DNA of 64,000 bases from Antedon mediterranea. Taxonomy: Eukaryota; Animalia; Echinodermata. The stretch spans positions 17,346,795 through 17,410,794 of the forward strand of contig NC_092670.1 of the NCBI RefSeq assembly GCF_964355755.1, given 5' to 3'. Below are positions 25,768 to 39,000 of the stretch, one piece after another (within the stretch, counting starts at the first letter, position 1; each line of letters begins with the position of its first letter). The position numbers and the translations under genes were made by a program. The notes beneath the pieces were generated by a model. The model was given only the letters and a program-made list of their open reading frames with translations. It did not search any database and had not been told where the DNA came from.

Positions 25768-28565
25768 TTAATCCTTTGACATGCTCTCAGCCCTTTTAAC
25801 ACCAGCCTCTATTCCCGATATCAAACAGTCCCGGAATCCTCCCTTTTCCAAGGCATGGATTCCACGTATCGTTGCACCGTTAGGAGAGCAAATGTTATCT
25901 TTCAGTTGACCAGGATGTAGGCCCGTTTCCAAGATCATTTTCCCGGCACCCTGGAAGTGAATCAAATTGATATTTAATGTTGACTTTTTGAACATTAATT
26001 GTGTTTACAGTAAAACCATGGAGGTATCTATTTTGATACCTCCATGGTAAAACAATACAACAATGAGAAATAATGTACACAAACTAAAAAATATAAATGA
26101 TATGATACAATATTATTCATTGTCATTTTAACAACCACGGGTACAAATGAAATTTTGTGAAAATCTTACAATCAAATTATGGGCAGCAATCTTGATAGCA
26201 ATGTCTCTCTGCATTCCGACCATAACAGAGCCATCAGCTAAAGCATCTACAGCTGAGAATAACTAATAAACATCAACATAATTAAGTAATCTGTCCAAAA
26301 TCAATTAACGTAATACAGTAGACCTTCAGGGCCCCAAAAAAGTATCCCCTGAATAGAGGTTGACTGTAGTTCATATTTTGGAGGGATTTGATAATAAAAT
26401 ACATTACAGTTGTTAGGAATCTCTTGTTTTTCTTTTTAATATGGATATATTGATATAAATATACTTCTGAAGTAAAAGAAATTAAATTTAAAATAAAGAT
26501 AAAAACTCACAAATGCAGGTACAGCTCCGCAGCATATCGCGGCAGCATTCATGAGTCGTTCTTGGATTTCAAAGCACATGCCGACCTTTGACAAAAAGAG
26601 CTCAACAAGTTGTTTGTCTAAATCAGTGACCAGACTGTTGCCACAGTAACTACTGACACCAGCCAATACTAAGCAAGGCGTTGAGGGCATCACTCGTATA
26701 ACTCTACATTGTTTACCAATATTCTAAAAAAAATGAAAGAAAATTAAATGAATTTCCGAAAGAACAGGCACTACGGCCAACCCCTATTCAATAGGGGACA
26801 CTTTTTTTGGTGCTGAAGGTGTCCCCTTAAATAGCGGCTTGTGTTACTGTAGTCATTTTTTAACAAATTGCATTATGTTGAGCATGGTCTAAATTGTTAA
26901 GCATGGTCAAAACCTTTGAGCAAGGTCTAAACTTTTGAGCATGGTCTAAACTTTTGAGCATGGTCTAAACACTTGAGCAAGGTCTAAACCTTTGAGCAAG
27001 GTCTAAACCTTTGAGCATGGTCTAAACTTTTGAGCATGGTCTAAACTTTTGCGCATGGTCTAAACCTTTGAGCATGGTCTAAACCTTTGAGCAAGGTCTA
27101 AACCTTTGAGCATGGTCTAAACCTTTGAGCAAGGTCTAAACTTTTGATCATGGTCTAAACTTTTGAGCATGGTCTAAACTTTTGAGCATGGCCTAAACCT
27201 TTGAGCATGGTCTAAACCTTTGGGCAAGGTCTAAACTTTTGAGCATGGTCTAAACCTTTGAGCAAGGTCTAAACTTTTGAGCATGATCTAAACTTTTGAG
27301 CAAGGTCTAAGCTTTTGAGCATGGTCTAAACTTTTGCGCATGGTCTAAACCTTTAAGCAAGGTCTAAACCTTTGAGCAAGGTCTAAACCTTTGAGCATGG
27401 TCTAAACCTTTGAGCATGGTCTAAACTAATGTAGGTGTTTACATCTTCAATAAATTTGATGTCCATTCCTGCGATGACAGAAACTAGTAGCTTGTCCTTT
27501 GTGACCTCAGATTTGACCTCTGCTAATACATCACCAAGTTGGTAAGGTTTACAGGCTAAAAATACCATGTTACAATCTTTCATTACTTCACTATTCACAT
27601 TTGTTGTCTTTATGCCTTTTTCCTAAAAAAATTCAATGACACATAAAAATTGGAATTATCTGGTAAAACTCCTAGAAAGTAGGAAACCTTTTGCTATTTT
27701 CTCCCCGACTGCTGTAACAAAATGAAACATATATATTCTATGACGGTGCTACCATGCTATCACAGCTTTATTTAGCGATTTTTAGAGATTTATTATCTTT
27801 AGGGTTAGGTTCAGATCCCAGGCGATGATAAAGATAATCTGAGTAATGCAAAATTAGTGCCAAAATGACTCTGAGCTATCCTATTTATAATTTAGTTTTT
27901 AGCTTAATTTTGAAACTTACTTGCCACTTTACAAGATTTTTATCACTTGGTGCACTTGCCATAACACGGTCAGCTGTTACAAGACCTGTAGCAGTATAAA
28001 CAATAACTGTACATTAGAACGTCTTTTTTAACCATAATGTAGTCTAGGTTCTAGATGGTAATTCAATTTCCTTTTTTTTTTAATATATAAATATTATGGC
28101 ACACATGGCGTTTCATACCTATAATATAAAAGACGATTGGTGGCATGGCATGAATCCAGTTGGTCCAGACTTAATCTGGACTAACCATGTTGTTGTGATA
28201 ATTATGGATTGCAAATTATGGTGTCTAGCATATTATATCTTGCTTAAAAGCACATACTTAACATCAAACAAGTCTATTAACTCTAGGCCTAATGAATGAG
28301 GCATCCTGCTTCCTCTCACTGCATTATTTGGCCAAATAAATAGCCCACAGCAGCAAACACCTACTCAACAAAAGTGTGTTCCCGCATAAAAGAGCCGGGA
28401 CCATGGCCTAGCCTATCGTCTAGCCTACTGAGCAGCATGGCTTAGCTCTCTATCTGCCGATCATCGATTGGTACACGCACCTGTTTTTACAAATCCAAAC
28501 GCCATGGCTTGGGCCATATTACCAGCACCAATAAACCCAAGCTGGACCTTTTCTAATTCAGACAT
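25768..28565 (-). CDS. PYCR3: Pyrroline-5-carboxylate reductase (PYCR3/PYCRL-like), about 272 aa; exons 28481-28565, 27921-27985, 27443-27622, 26511-26723, 26170-26262, 25768-25950
   Basis: Rossmann motif GFIGAGNMA; ASAPSDKNL (PYCR3-type); [47 protein letters not shown] introns, phases consistent (819 nt). Confidence 0.9.
26876..27426. repeat. 19-bp minisatellite (about 29 copies) in PYCR3 intron 3
   Basis: Unit TTTGAGCA(T/A)GGTCTAAAC(C/T). Confidence 0.95.
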
Positions 28566-29959
28566 ATTTAATTAATTATTATTAATTGTTACACAATCAA
28601 CAGAGTTTTTAGATAGATTTAGTCACGGATTCAGTGAATCTACTATCTAGTATCTTCCACCACAGCTAGTCCACCAGGACGAGTAATAACAAAGTGCGAG
28701 CCAGCGAGGCATGTGAGGCATCGTAGACGAAACAGATTAGGATGTAGGCCTACCTAAAACGAGGCATCGACTTACCAGGTACTATTAAAACGTAGCAATG
28801 ATAATTCAACACTCTTTGTTACGGAAGCCCGTTCGGGTCACTAGTTAATTTTATTTTAAGAGCTGTTATCTGGCGGCCGCCACTTAGTTATCTGGCGGCC
28901 TCCACTCTAGGCCTATTAATATTCAATTTCTTATTTTGAATGTTACTATTATGCTTAATGTTATTATTTTGCAGTAAAAATACACACAAGCTTGGGTTGA
29001 TGAAGGTGTGAAAATGTATTTATCAGAAGCTTCTTATCTAGATCTAGTCCTCTGTACAAAAAATGGCAGATGAGAAAACGATTGGACGTATTGTAATATA
29101 ATTTAATTGTGCCGTATTTTCTTTGGCCTTTATGTTAACAGTATATTTACAATACAGTAGTCCTACTACAAAAATATGCGAAATTTTCGATTTTCCAATC
29201 GCCGTGAATTTGGTGTGACGTCATGTGTGCATCGGAAACATTCAGCAAGTAGGCCTAAATATATCTCAAATTGCTAAATTTACCGGTAGAAGTACTAGAT
29301 AATCTAGTTTTGCGGTGATCTGCGATGATTTCACATCCGCAATTAGTCGGATAAAGAATGTAACCGATAATTAGTAGCTCTGTGGAACGGGTATTACAGT
29401 ACAGTTTTATGCCGGCTGTCGCGCATTTATAAAAAATTGTTCCATCTTTATACTTTTTTAAATATCTTTGACCAATATAATTTAGATATACTCTAAATCC
29501 GTGTCCGTCCGTGTTTGTGAGTATTACATTTCATCTAAATAATCATTATACAATTTTTTTGTATTGATACAACATAAAAGATTAGAATAAAATAAACAAA
29601 CAATTACTGGTCATTAATTTTATTTGTCATTAATAAAAAAAGTAGAAAATTACATTTAACTTTTAGCACATTATAATAAGTAGAAGTTACTAAGCATCTC
29701 AATAATTCTATATTACTCTAACAATTCAAACAAACTGTCTGAATTATACAATAAGCCTTGTTTGAGTTAAGTTAAGGCGGATCCAGGGAGAGAATGGCAC
29801 CCGACCTCCCCCCACTGGGGAAACTAGATTTTGATAAATAGTATGGTGCCAAAGATAAACAATCTCCCTCTCTCTTTTATTCCCTGCTCCCTTCCCCTAA
29901 TTTAAAAATCACGAATCGATCTGCCATTCTTAATTAATATATAAAAAACATTCTGCTGC

Positions 29960-30695
29960 GGGTATTGCTAAACACCGCAAACCCCGCAAACCCCCGCAAA
30001 CCTCCAAAAAAACATAGCAAACCCCACCGAACCAACATAAAAGTGATTGAATCATGTAGTGTACAACCCACTGGGTATATCAATGTAAAAAAAATTAAAT
30101 TTCTACTGTTAACAACTTATTTTTGGGGTAAAACATCATTTTTTGGTCAAAAATGATTGTTAAACCCCGCAAACCTCCAAAAAACCATAGCAAACCCCAC
30201 CGAACCAACATTAAAGTGATTGAATAATGTAGTGTACGACCCACTGGGTATATAATATTAAATTTCTACTGTTAACTACTTTTTTGCGGATAAAACATCA
30301 TTTTTTGGTTAAAAATTAGCAATCATTTTTGACCAAAAAATGATGTTTACCCCAAAAATAAATAGTTAACAGTAGAAATTTAATATTTTTTTTACATGGA
30401 TATACCCAGTGGGTTGTACGCTACATGATTCAATCACTTTTATGTTGGTTCGGTGGGGTTTGCTATATTTTTTTGGAGGTTTGCGGGGTTTAGCAATCAT
30501 TTTTGACCAAAAAATGATGTTTTACCCCAAAAATAAGTTGTTAACAGTAGAAATTTAATTTTTTTTTTACATGGATATACCCAGTAGGTTGTACACTACA
30601 TGATTCAATCACTTTTATGTTGGTTCGATGGGGTTTGCTATGTTTTTTTGGAGGTTTGCGGAGGTTTGCGGGGTTTGCGGTGTTTAGCAATACCC
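29960..30695. mobile_element. 736-bp foldback/palindromic DNA element with 8-bp target-site duplication
   Basis: Starts GGGTATTGCTAAACACCGCAAACCCCGC, ends GCGGGGTTTGCGGTGTTTAGCAATACCC; two forward and two reverse internal units of about 170 bp; TCTGCTGC on both sides (29952-29959, 30696-30703). Confidence 0.9.
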
Positions 30696-31248
30696 TCTGC
30701 TGCTACTGTACATTAAATCATCAGTTACAATTGACTGTCTTAGATATGGTTCATTATCTCGATCTACATTGAAACCAGATGAAAATGTTTTTACATCAAT
30801 GTTTAGTTATCATTTTAATTACAAAACGATTTAATTACAAAACAATTATATATATATATATATATATATAATCTATATATATATCTATTATAATCACTTG
30901 CACTGATGAATTTGGTGCTAAATAAACAGTTCTTTCATTCGGATCACACTGATGGGGAGGATAACATGATGAACTTTTTTTCGTCCCACTAATTATTTCA
31001 TCGAAAATAAAACGTATCATTCTTTAATAAACATGTATTAACACAGTATTTAAAATTAAATTGTATTATCATAGAAACATGTCACCATACGTAAAATATC
31101 ATATATAGGCACAGAACATAGTCTATATATACAAACAAACAAACTAGCATGATCATTAAAAAGGAAAAATGTATAGCAGTTTGGAATGAACATAATGATA
31201 AACTTTTGTAAAATTTGTGTTTTATAGTTCTATATCTACTGTCATTGT

Positions 31249-31783
31249 TCACGCTGCCATGGGTATATAAAACAAGAAATATTTCTTACAAAAAACGCTG
31301 CTCGCTTATTGAACAAAAACATTTTTTATTTCAAATGTCAAATGTGTCATTTTATTGTCACATAATAGTTGTTTTACTTGAAAAAATGTAATTTAAAACA
31401 ACAAATACTTAAATTGTCTGTCAGACAATGTTTTTGGGTTTCTTTTCTCTTTTTATATGTGAATAAATATTATTTTTTTGTTACAGAAGTGAATACTCAA
31501 TTTCTGTCACTTTAGTTAATTTTATTGCTAAGGTCAAGTCTGGGGGTCACTTCATCACCCTAGATATTTCAAGTGTGAAGTATCCTATTACAAACACAAA
31601 CTTTAATGGACTGTTTCGATAATTCAATGAATATCTGACAGTGAATCGGGCAGTGAATATACCAGAAATGCTTTGGGATTTGTAATTTTAGCATGACATG
31701 TTCTAATAGACTCTTTTCCCAGAGGTTAGGGTCTTCTGTAGCAGCTGGAATCAATAAATTAGCGGGCTAGAGCAGCAGCGTGA
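31249..31783. repeat. Dispersed repeat, copy 2, upstream of RIF1
   Basis: Matches 3296-3900; ends TCACGCTGC...GCAGCGTGA form a short inverted repeat. Confidence 0.8.
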
Positions 31784-33035
31784 TAACTATTTATTAATAT
31801 TAATCCTCCAACTTATAATAACACTGTCACTCCTTCACATGACTTCACCATCCAATTAGAATAGATGATTCGTACTTCCGATTAGACTTTCATACAGACG
31901 TACTGTGGTTATGAACCTTGTTTGGCGCGTGTCGAGTCTTGTGTGTGATGACGTACGTGTGTACCAGTGTACAAACTCAGTATTTTGTAACCAAACCGCG
32001 CGAAATCATCATACATACATATAGGTGTATTTGTTGTATTGCTGACACAAGATCAGAGTAAAAGAAAGTAAATTTGCCGTAACAGAGTTGTATTTTTAAT
32101 CTGTAATATTTAGCTTCATTCAATTGTTGTTTTATCTAAGCCCTATTATTATTTTATTTCAGTTTGTATGTTAACCTGATTATCTGAAGTTTGATTCACA
32201 ACTTTCTTTTTGTGTGACGCCTCAATTCTCATAAGCCTTCCTAGCTAGGAGGCTAGGAGGCCTAGGCTAGTAGGTCTATTGACTGAGTGAGGTGTAACCG
32301 GGGGAATATTCTGGCTGGTGCCAAGGCCTAGCTTCATGAATGTCTAACCATTTATTTATGTATGCATGAGGCCAACACCTCAACTACTACTACTAGACTA
32401 GCCTACTAGGAGCTAGTAGTACCTACTTAATTAGCCTAGGGCCTAGACCTACATATTTTATTTATTGCACACTTATATTTTTTTCCTGTTGAAATAAAAT
32501 TTTCTTTTTTTTTCCATTTTGTGTTTTCATGAACCTATCCAACCAAAAAAATAGCAATAATATGTCTGGTGTAGGGTATCCTGCCAGTATAGCGATACAT
32601 TGCCTAACATAGTATCGAGTGAGTAAGTGTCGATACACTCCAACCATTGTTTGTAGCGAAAATTGCATGTCTAAGATACGCTACCGTATCAAAGGTGCAG
32701 TAAAAGTCATGTCGCTACTGTGCCACCATCATGTATTTTAATACACAATTTTTCAATGAATCGACTGATTGCCGTATACTTTATCTTTTTTTTTTTTTCA
32801 ATGAGGACAGCAAGTTAAGCCTTTTCATGCCATTTGTTAATTAAAAGGGAACATTTTTTAGGGGGTATTGTAAGCTGTCTCAATTTACCTTATATTTAGC
32901 AGCCAAAAGCTTTGATACAGTATCTTATCCTGTTTAATTTAATGAGTTATTTAATGTACTTGTTTTCCCAGGTTTTAGTAGTCTAGGAAACTTGAAAGAC
33001 AACAAAACATTATTGTTGATGGAAGTTGTGTAACA

Positions 33036-36000
33036 ATGATGGTAACAGTTACTCACGTCAGCGATGATGGTGAAGGGGTCGCTAAATTTCCTCAAATTCT
33101 CAGCAAATTGGAAGCAAATGGAGTTTTATCAGAAGAAAAGCTAGAAGTATACAAGAAGCTAACAGAGTAAGTTACCTGGTGCATTATGGAAGTAAGTTAC
33201 CTGGTGCATTATGGGAGTAAGTTAACCGGTGCATTATGGGAGTAAGTTACCTGGTGCATTATGAGCGTATGTTTCCATATGTTTTTGATCCAAAAAAAGC
33301 GCTGAGAGTTTTAGAACATTAGGCGCAATATTAATCCAGGATATTATTATTATTATTATCTTCAAGGACTTTAATCATACCATCATTGAGTACAAGGGTC
33401 AGTCCAGCTTTACAACGGCCACCGCGCTTTTATTAAATATTGCCTGGAGGTATATATTTTTTTGGTCTACCAATTTAAAACAAGACCAATTTCAAAACGT
33501 GACACTGATCGTAAACCCCTTTCCCCTTATTTAAATCGTTTTCCCAACTTTAATGTAACTTAAATGCAATAAATATCTGCAATTAACAATTACATGAATT
33601 ATTAATTATTGTACTGTAATTACTATATTTCATTAAATTTATTATTTCGAATGCGAATTTAACATGAGAAAATTGCTTTTCAGAAAGTTATATAAAGACA
33701 ACTTAGGGGAATTTGTAGCAGAGTTTACTCAGAGTGGGTCAAAGCTTGTCAACATATTCTGCGTTGATGTAATGAGCACTTCCCCTGATATTTCCCAGGC
33801 TGCATTGCAAGCAGTTGGCTTCTGTATTTATCACGAAGATATAATCAAAATCTTATCTGAACCAGATATTGATATTCTTTTAAAAGGTATCTATTTTATT
33901 TTATTACATAATGATAATTTGTAATACCGTATATTTCGGTGTATAAGTCGCACTTTTGACACGCAAATTTGACCTCTAAATTTAGAGTGCGTCTTATACA
34001 CCGAACATAAATGCCTCACCACACAGATTGTACATATCGTCACCTCGTTTGCTAGGCCTGAGTAGGCTAGGCCTAGCTACAGTATACTAACGCAGACCTT
34101 GATTGAAAAGGAGCGCCATGGCGCTGACGCTCCTTGGCGCTCCTGAAAACGATCAAAGGAGCGCCTAAAATAGCGCTCCCCAACCTGTTACAGTGCGTCA
34201 TAAAAATATATATAATAATAAGAATATTAACCCCGAATACAACACACAGTCTATATATAGTCGCGCAAACGATCTTTGTTATGGCTACCCCCGATAGGCT
34301 AGGCGCGCCTACGATCTTTGATGTTGCGAGAAAAAAATCGTAAACAATTCATTCTAAATATAGTATCAGAACATTCAATCGGTCGCTCAAAAAGACTGCC
34401 GACAGAAGACCGAAATTAATACAGACCTAGTTTTTTTGGTCACATGGCATGAAACGCGATACTCTCTGCTTTACCTCAACATCTCACATGTTTTTTTTAC
34501 TCTGTACGACGAGAGGGTGGCTGCCGTCTGACGACGATAAAGCAGTAATTAAGATCGTGTACCTGGATTTTGTGTCACATGACATGAAACATAATACTCT
34601 CTCTAAACTGCTCACATGTTTTTCCCCTCCAAATTCTGGTCGGGCCTTTTCTTAATACACATGTCGTAATCATTTTAAAAGGCTTAAGCCTTTATGTTAA
34701 ATTTTACAGTAATTAATATGGAATATACAGTATATTTATTTTGTTGGTATCCTAGCCTAGGTGTCGTTGTTTTTATAATTCGCTAACCCAAGGTAGGATT
34801 AAATAATTTATAGTGTAGGCCGCCGAAACTAGACTAGATAGCCTCGACTCTCTCTCTCTGCGTGAGCTGAGGTCCACTGACCCGATGTCGTCTCGTCGGC
34901 GGATTTCCGTCCAAATTAGGATAACCGATGCGTAGGCCTAGGCTAGCGCGGCTACAAAAATTGACGTCTACTATCTTTAGATTATAATTAGCAAACAATA
35001 CATTGTTTGTTTGCATTGTCCATGCTTCTAAAGGCAATGACAATGGTGTTTACTAACCCTCTACTACGAACCACCCTACGATCGACGCGTAGATAATTAT
35101 GATAAAAATACATCGTAGGCTAGGAACAATACTTTAGAGAACAATGCGTGCGTACCATTTCCGGCCATCTAGAGGTGTCATTTATCAAAATTCGGCTCGC
35201 CACAGACCCAACCATGGTGGGCCTGTGCCTCGGATACTTAATCAAAATAATGGCTCTCCTCAACATATTTAGGAGAGCCATTAGGAGCTCTCCTCTTATA
35301 TTTATAAATCAAGGTCTGCTAACGTAACGGCAACCTGCTTCTGCCTAGTTTTCAAGGAATTTTAGCATGATGTTATACTAAATATGATGAAAAGATTTGT
35401 TCATTATGGAGCTGTTTTAGGCGCTCCGATAAAATTTCATTTGTAAACGTTTACGATTGGAATAGTATTTATTTATAGTTATACGCACGATCGCCGACCG
35501 CCGTACCCCCAGCGCAACCCCTTCTTGGTGGCCACATGGTGTACGGTATTCGACTAGTATATTCGCCAGGTGATTATAGCATGGACCTAGCGTACACACT
35601 TCTCGGATACATAGATACTAATCGAATACGATTGTCCGTGAAAACGTGCGCCCTCTCGAAATGATCGAGCGATGCTAGCCCACACACGTACGTGTTACAC
35701 ACACGGTCATGCACTTGATGTTGCGGGTGCGAAACTCATGAATAACAAGTTAGAAAGAACTTGTTGAGGCTGGGCGCGGCCGAGCCTAGGTAAGAAAAAA
35801 CCTAAATAAAGGACGCCGTTGTAGATAGATATAACAAAGTATATTATTACAATAATATTGATTACAATTTAAAAAACCGTTGTTTTGATGAAATATAAGG
35901 TGCGTTTTATACATCGACGATATAAAAAATACTGATATTTCACTCTGTTAGGGGGTGCGTCTTATACACAGGTGCGACTTATACACCGAAATATACGATA

Positions 36001-39000
36001 ATTACATCTTGAAATGTACTCTGATAAAACCCAGGTCAAGCATTTTAATGACCACACTAAAAGACATTCCTAGTCTAATTATCTAAATTTTAAAAATCAC
36101 AATTAATAAGATGACTTTAAATAAATTATTTTTTGATAGCCCTTCAGAATGTCTTGCTAAAAACAACAGATAAAGGAACTTGTACTCGTGCATTGTGGTG
36201 TATCGCTAAGCAGAGCTTTCCCGTCAGTCATGTCAAAGATCATGTATGTACATTTTTTAATTAATAATAAGTGATTGATTGTTTTTATATTGAGGCAAAT
36301 ATGTTTTTCTAGATTAGTGAAATTCCTCAAACATTGATACAAAATAGAATTTTAAAAATGCGTATGAAAGAAATGATGTGATTTATTTATGATCTGTCTA
36401 TCACAGGTGCTCGGAATAGATAGAGCTGCAATTTTGTTGTATTTGGAGTGAAAGTGTGTGTGTAATATTAAGTGAATGGTTATTATTTTATTCGTTGATA
36501 ATTTGTTTATGTTGTACAGAATGAAATGTTAACATCAAATTTTGACATCCTATAATTACCATTTAGCGTTCGATTGACCCCATATATCATTTACTATGTA
36601 TTACAGCTACATGGGTTATTGTGTTCTCTGGAACATGTCCTTGTAAACGGTGAATTTAAATCTGTTACTGTTGAACATGAGGCCATCAATGCAATTATAA
36701 AGTAAGTACTGTAGTAACCATTCTTCTGTAAAATATTTGAAATCTTAAAATCACTTTTAGGTGCTTTACTTTGGATAAAAAAAATGCTTAATTTATTCAA
36801 ATTTCTCCAATTTCAGGCTTCTGGAATCATTACCAAATGAAATGCATGTCAACACTTTACGATGGGCAAAACTGATACTGCCCTCTCTTGTGCACTCGGC
36901 TGTGAAGGTCCGATTGAAGGCTTTGAACGCTTTTGAGTTGGCTCTACCTGCTATGGTGAAGTTTAGTCAGGATCTAGCCTCATCTGTTGTACACATCTTA
37001 AAGACAAGTCTCATAGCAGAGATGAACAAGCTTTTTGCCTGCAAGCATGAACTATATGTCCTCAAGATCTGGGGCTACTTTTTGACCGTACTTGGCAAGG
37101 TTAGGATTTTCATATTTATATTGTTTTATTAACAACAGCTGAAATTGAATCCCTTAAAAAGACACATTTGGGATTAAAAAAAACTGTCCCCTAAATATTG
37201 TTCAAACCTATGTTGCCCCTTGTTCGTTTTGAAAGAAACTGTCTCCTTAATAGTGGTGCTCCATGAATAGGAGTGTCCCCAAGAAGGGGTTCAATATATT
37301 ACGCTTTTAGGTCAATGAAAAATCTTAAAAAATCTACAAGAAAGAAACAAATGTATGAATCAAATCAAATACTTACTTCCCTTCAGACATTGCATCGAGG
37401 TGGCAGTTTGATCAATTCCATGCTAGGAATAGTTGAGCAAGGGTTTAAGCATCAACTTACAGATGTTAAGATTGCTACTTTTAATGCTTGGAAAATTCTT
37501 ATTGAGAACTTTGCACTTGATCCAGGTAAATTCAACTTATTTAATTTTGCATAAGTATCTAACCTGAGTATGTTATATTGATTTTCTATACAAGTTGTCA
37601 GCACTAGTTTGAAAAAATATTATCTCTTTTTTTCAGATGTTATATACAACCAGAAGCGCATCAAACTATTAGTGCAACCTTTTAAAGTGAACAATGCTAA
37701 GACGGAAAAGGTTGCCATGGTGAAATTTGATGTATGGTGGTTTCTGATCAAGAAATTTGGACCAAAGGCTGCAACTAATTTTGACCAGGTAACAATCCAA
37801 TGTTACTAGGCCTAATACATTTGTTTTAGTTTAAGGCTTATGTTTTGTAGTAGATATGCTTTTATATTTACTAATATTCTTTATTGTTCAACTCATTCAC
37901 CCATTTTATTTCTTTAGATCTTAATGTAATAAAAATATAAAAATTGTTGTTGAATTGAATCAAATGATGAACATAAAATGTTTTTAAACTATTTTCTCAA
38001 ATGTTATTATTCCTGCAGGTGTGTGCTCCCCTGTTGCAGTTCTCCCTTGGACTGGGACCTTCAAATGGGATGTACTTACCTGTAACTTCTGGTACAGGTA
38101 ATGGTATTAAAAACCTACTAAGCACACCTAAGCACAAAAAAGGTAATGATTTTGAATAGGTTTTCGAAAAACTGGTATGCAAATTGTATACACAATTCTG
38201 GACAAACAGTGTTGTTAACCCTGCCTGGGTGTAAATCTAATTGTTGTGTTTACCATTGAATTATGCTGTAACTGTTAAGAACAATTGATAATGAGTTATT
38301 AAATGTACTACACTAACGTTGTCCGAAGCCAAAAATTTAATAACAAGGAATTTGTAACCGTAGGAAGATTCAGTTTTGAGTCCGGTTTAAAGTAAGTTGA
38401 CCCCTAGCAATAAATTAATTCAATCAATTTTATGTTTCAGGCTCTGCTACTCCAGCCACACCAACACTAAACCTAAGCCTCACTGGATCACCAGGCCCAA
38501 TCCATCCCGTCTTCAAATCAATACAGCTGAAAGGCGTTGAGGCCCTGGCACACATTCTTGGCAAATGGGATCCGTCTATTGGTTTACCCATGCCTAACTT
38601 TACTTTAGGTGAGTTTGGTTAATTTTTATTTAATAATATGTTGCTTCTTTTTATTGTTATTGCTATTAAACTTCTTGTCGTCGGTATTTTTAAAGTTTAT
38701 GACTGAATAAATGTCATTGAATCTGAATGAATCAGTTAAATATTTATTTTAAATTTAATTTTAAAATTCTTTTTTTTTTTCAGAACCACTGAAGCATGAC
38801 ATTGTCACAAGTCCGACACTTTTCAATAAATTAGGCCACACTCTTTTGCAAGCTGCTACCGTCGTCTGCTGTTCCCTAGCAACTGATGTAGAACGTACGT
38901 TTGTAATCATTTAGACTTGACAGTTACACATTTAAACCTTTTTTTTTTCCATTTTTTATTTTTCTGCCTTTGTATTACCACAATTAATTAACTTCTGATT

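Noticed and set aside
26876-27426. Regular short repeats resembling a CRISPR array
   Set aside because: No unique spacers, no cas genes, eukaryotic intron; it is a minisatellite.
34134-35599. Short ORFs within the Tc2-like element as a possible transposase
   Set aside because: All about 60-70 aa with no DDE or HTH motifs visible.
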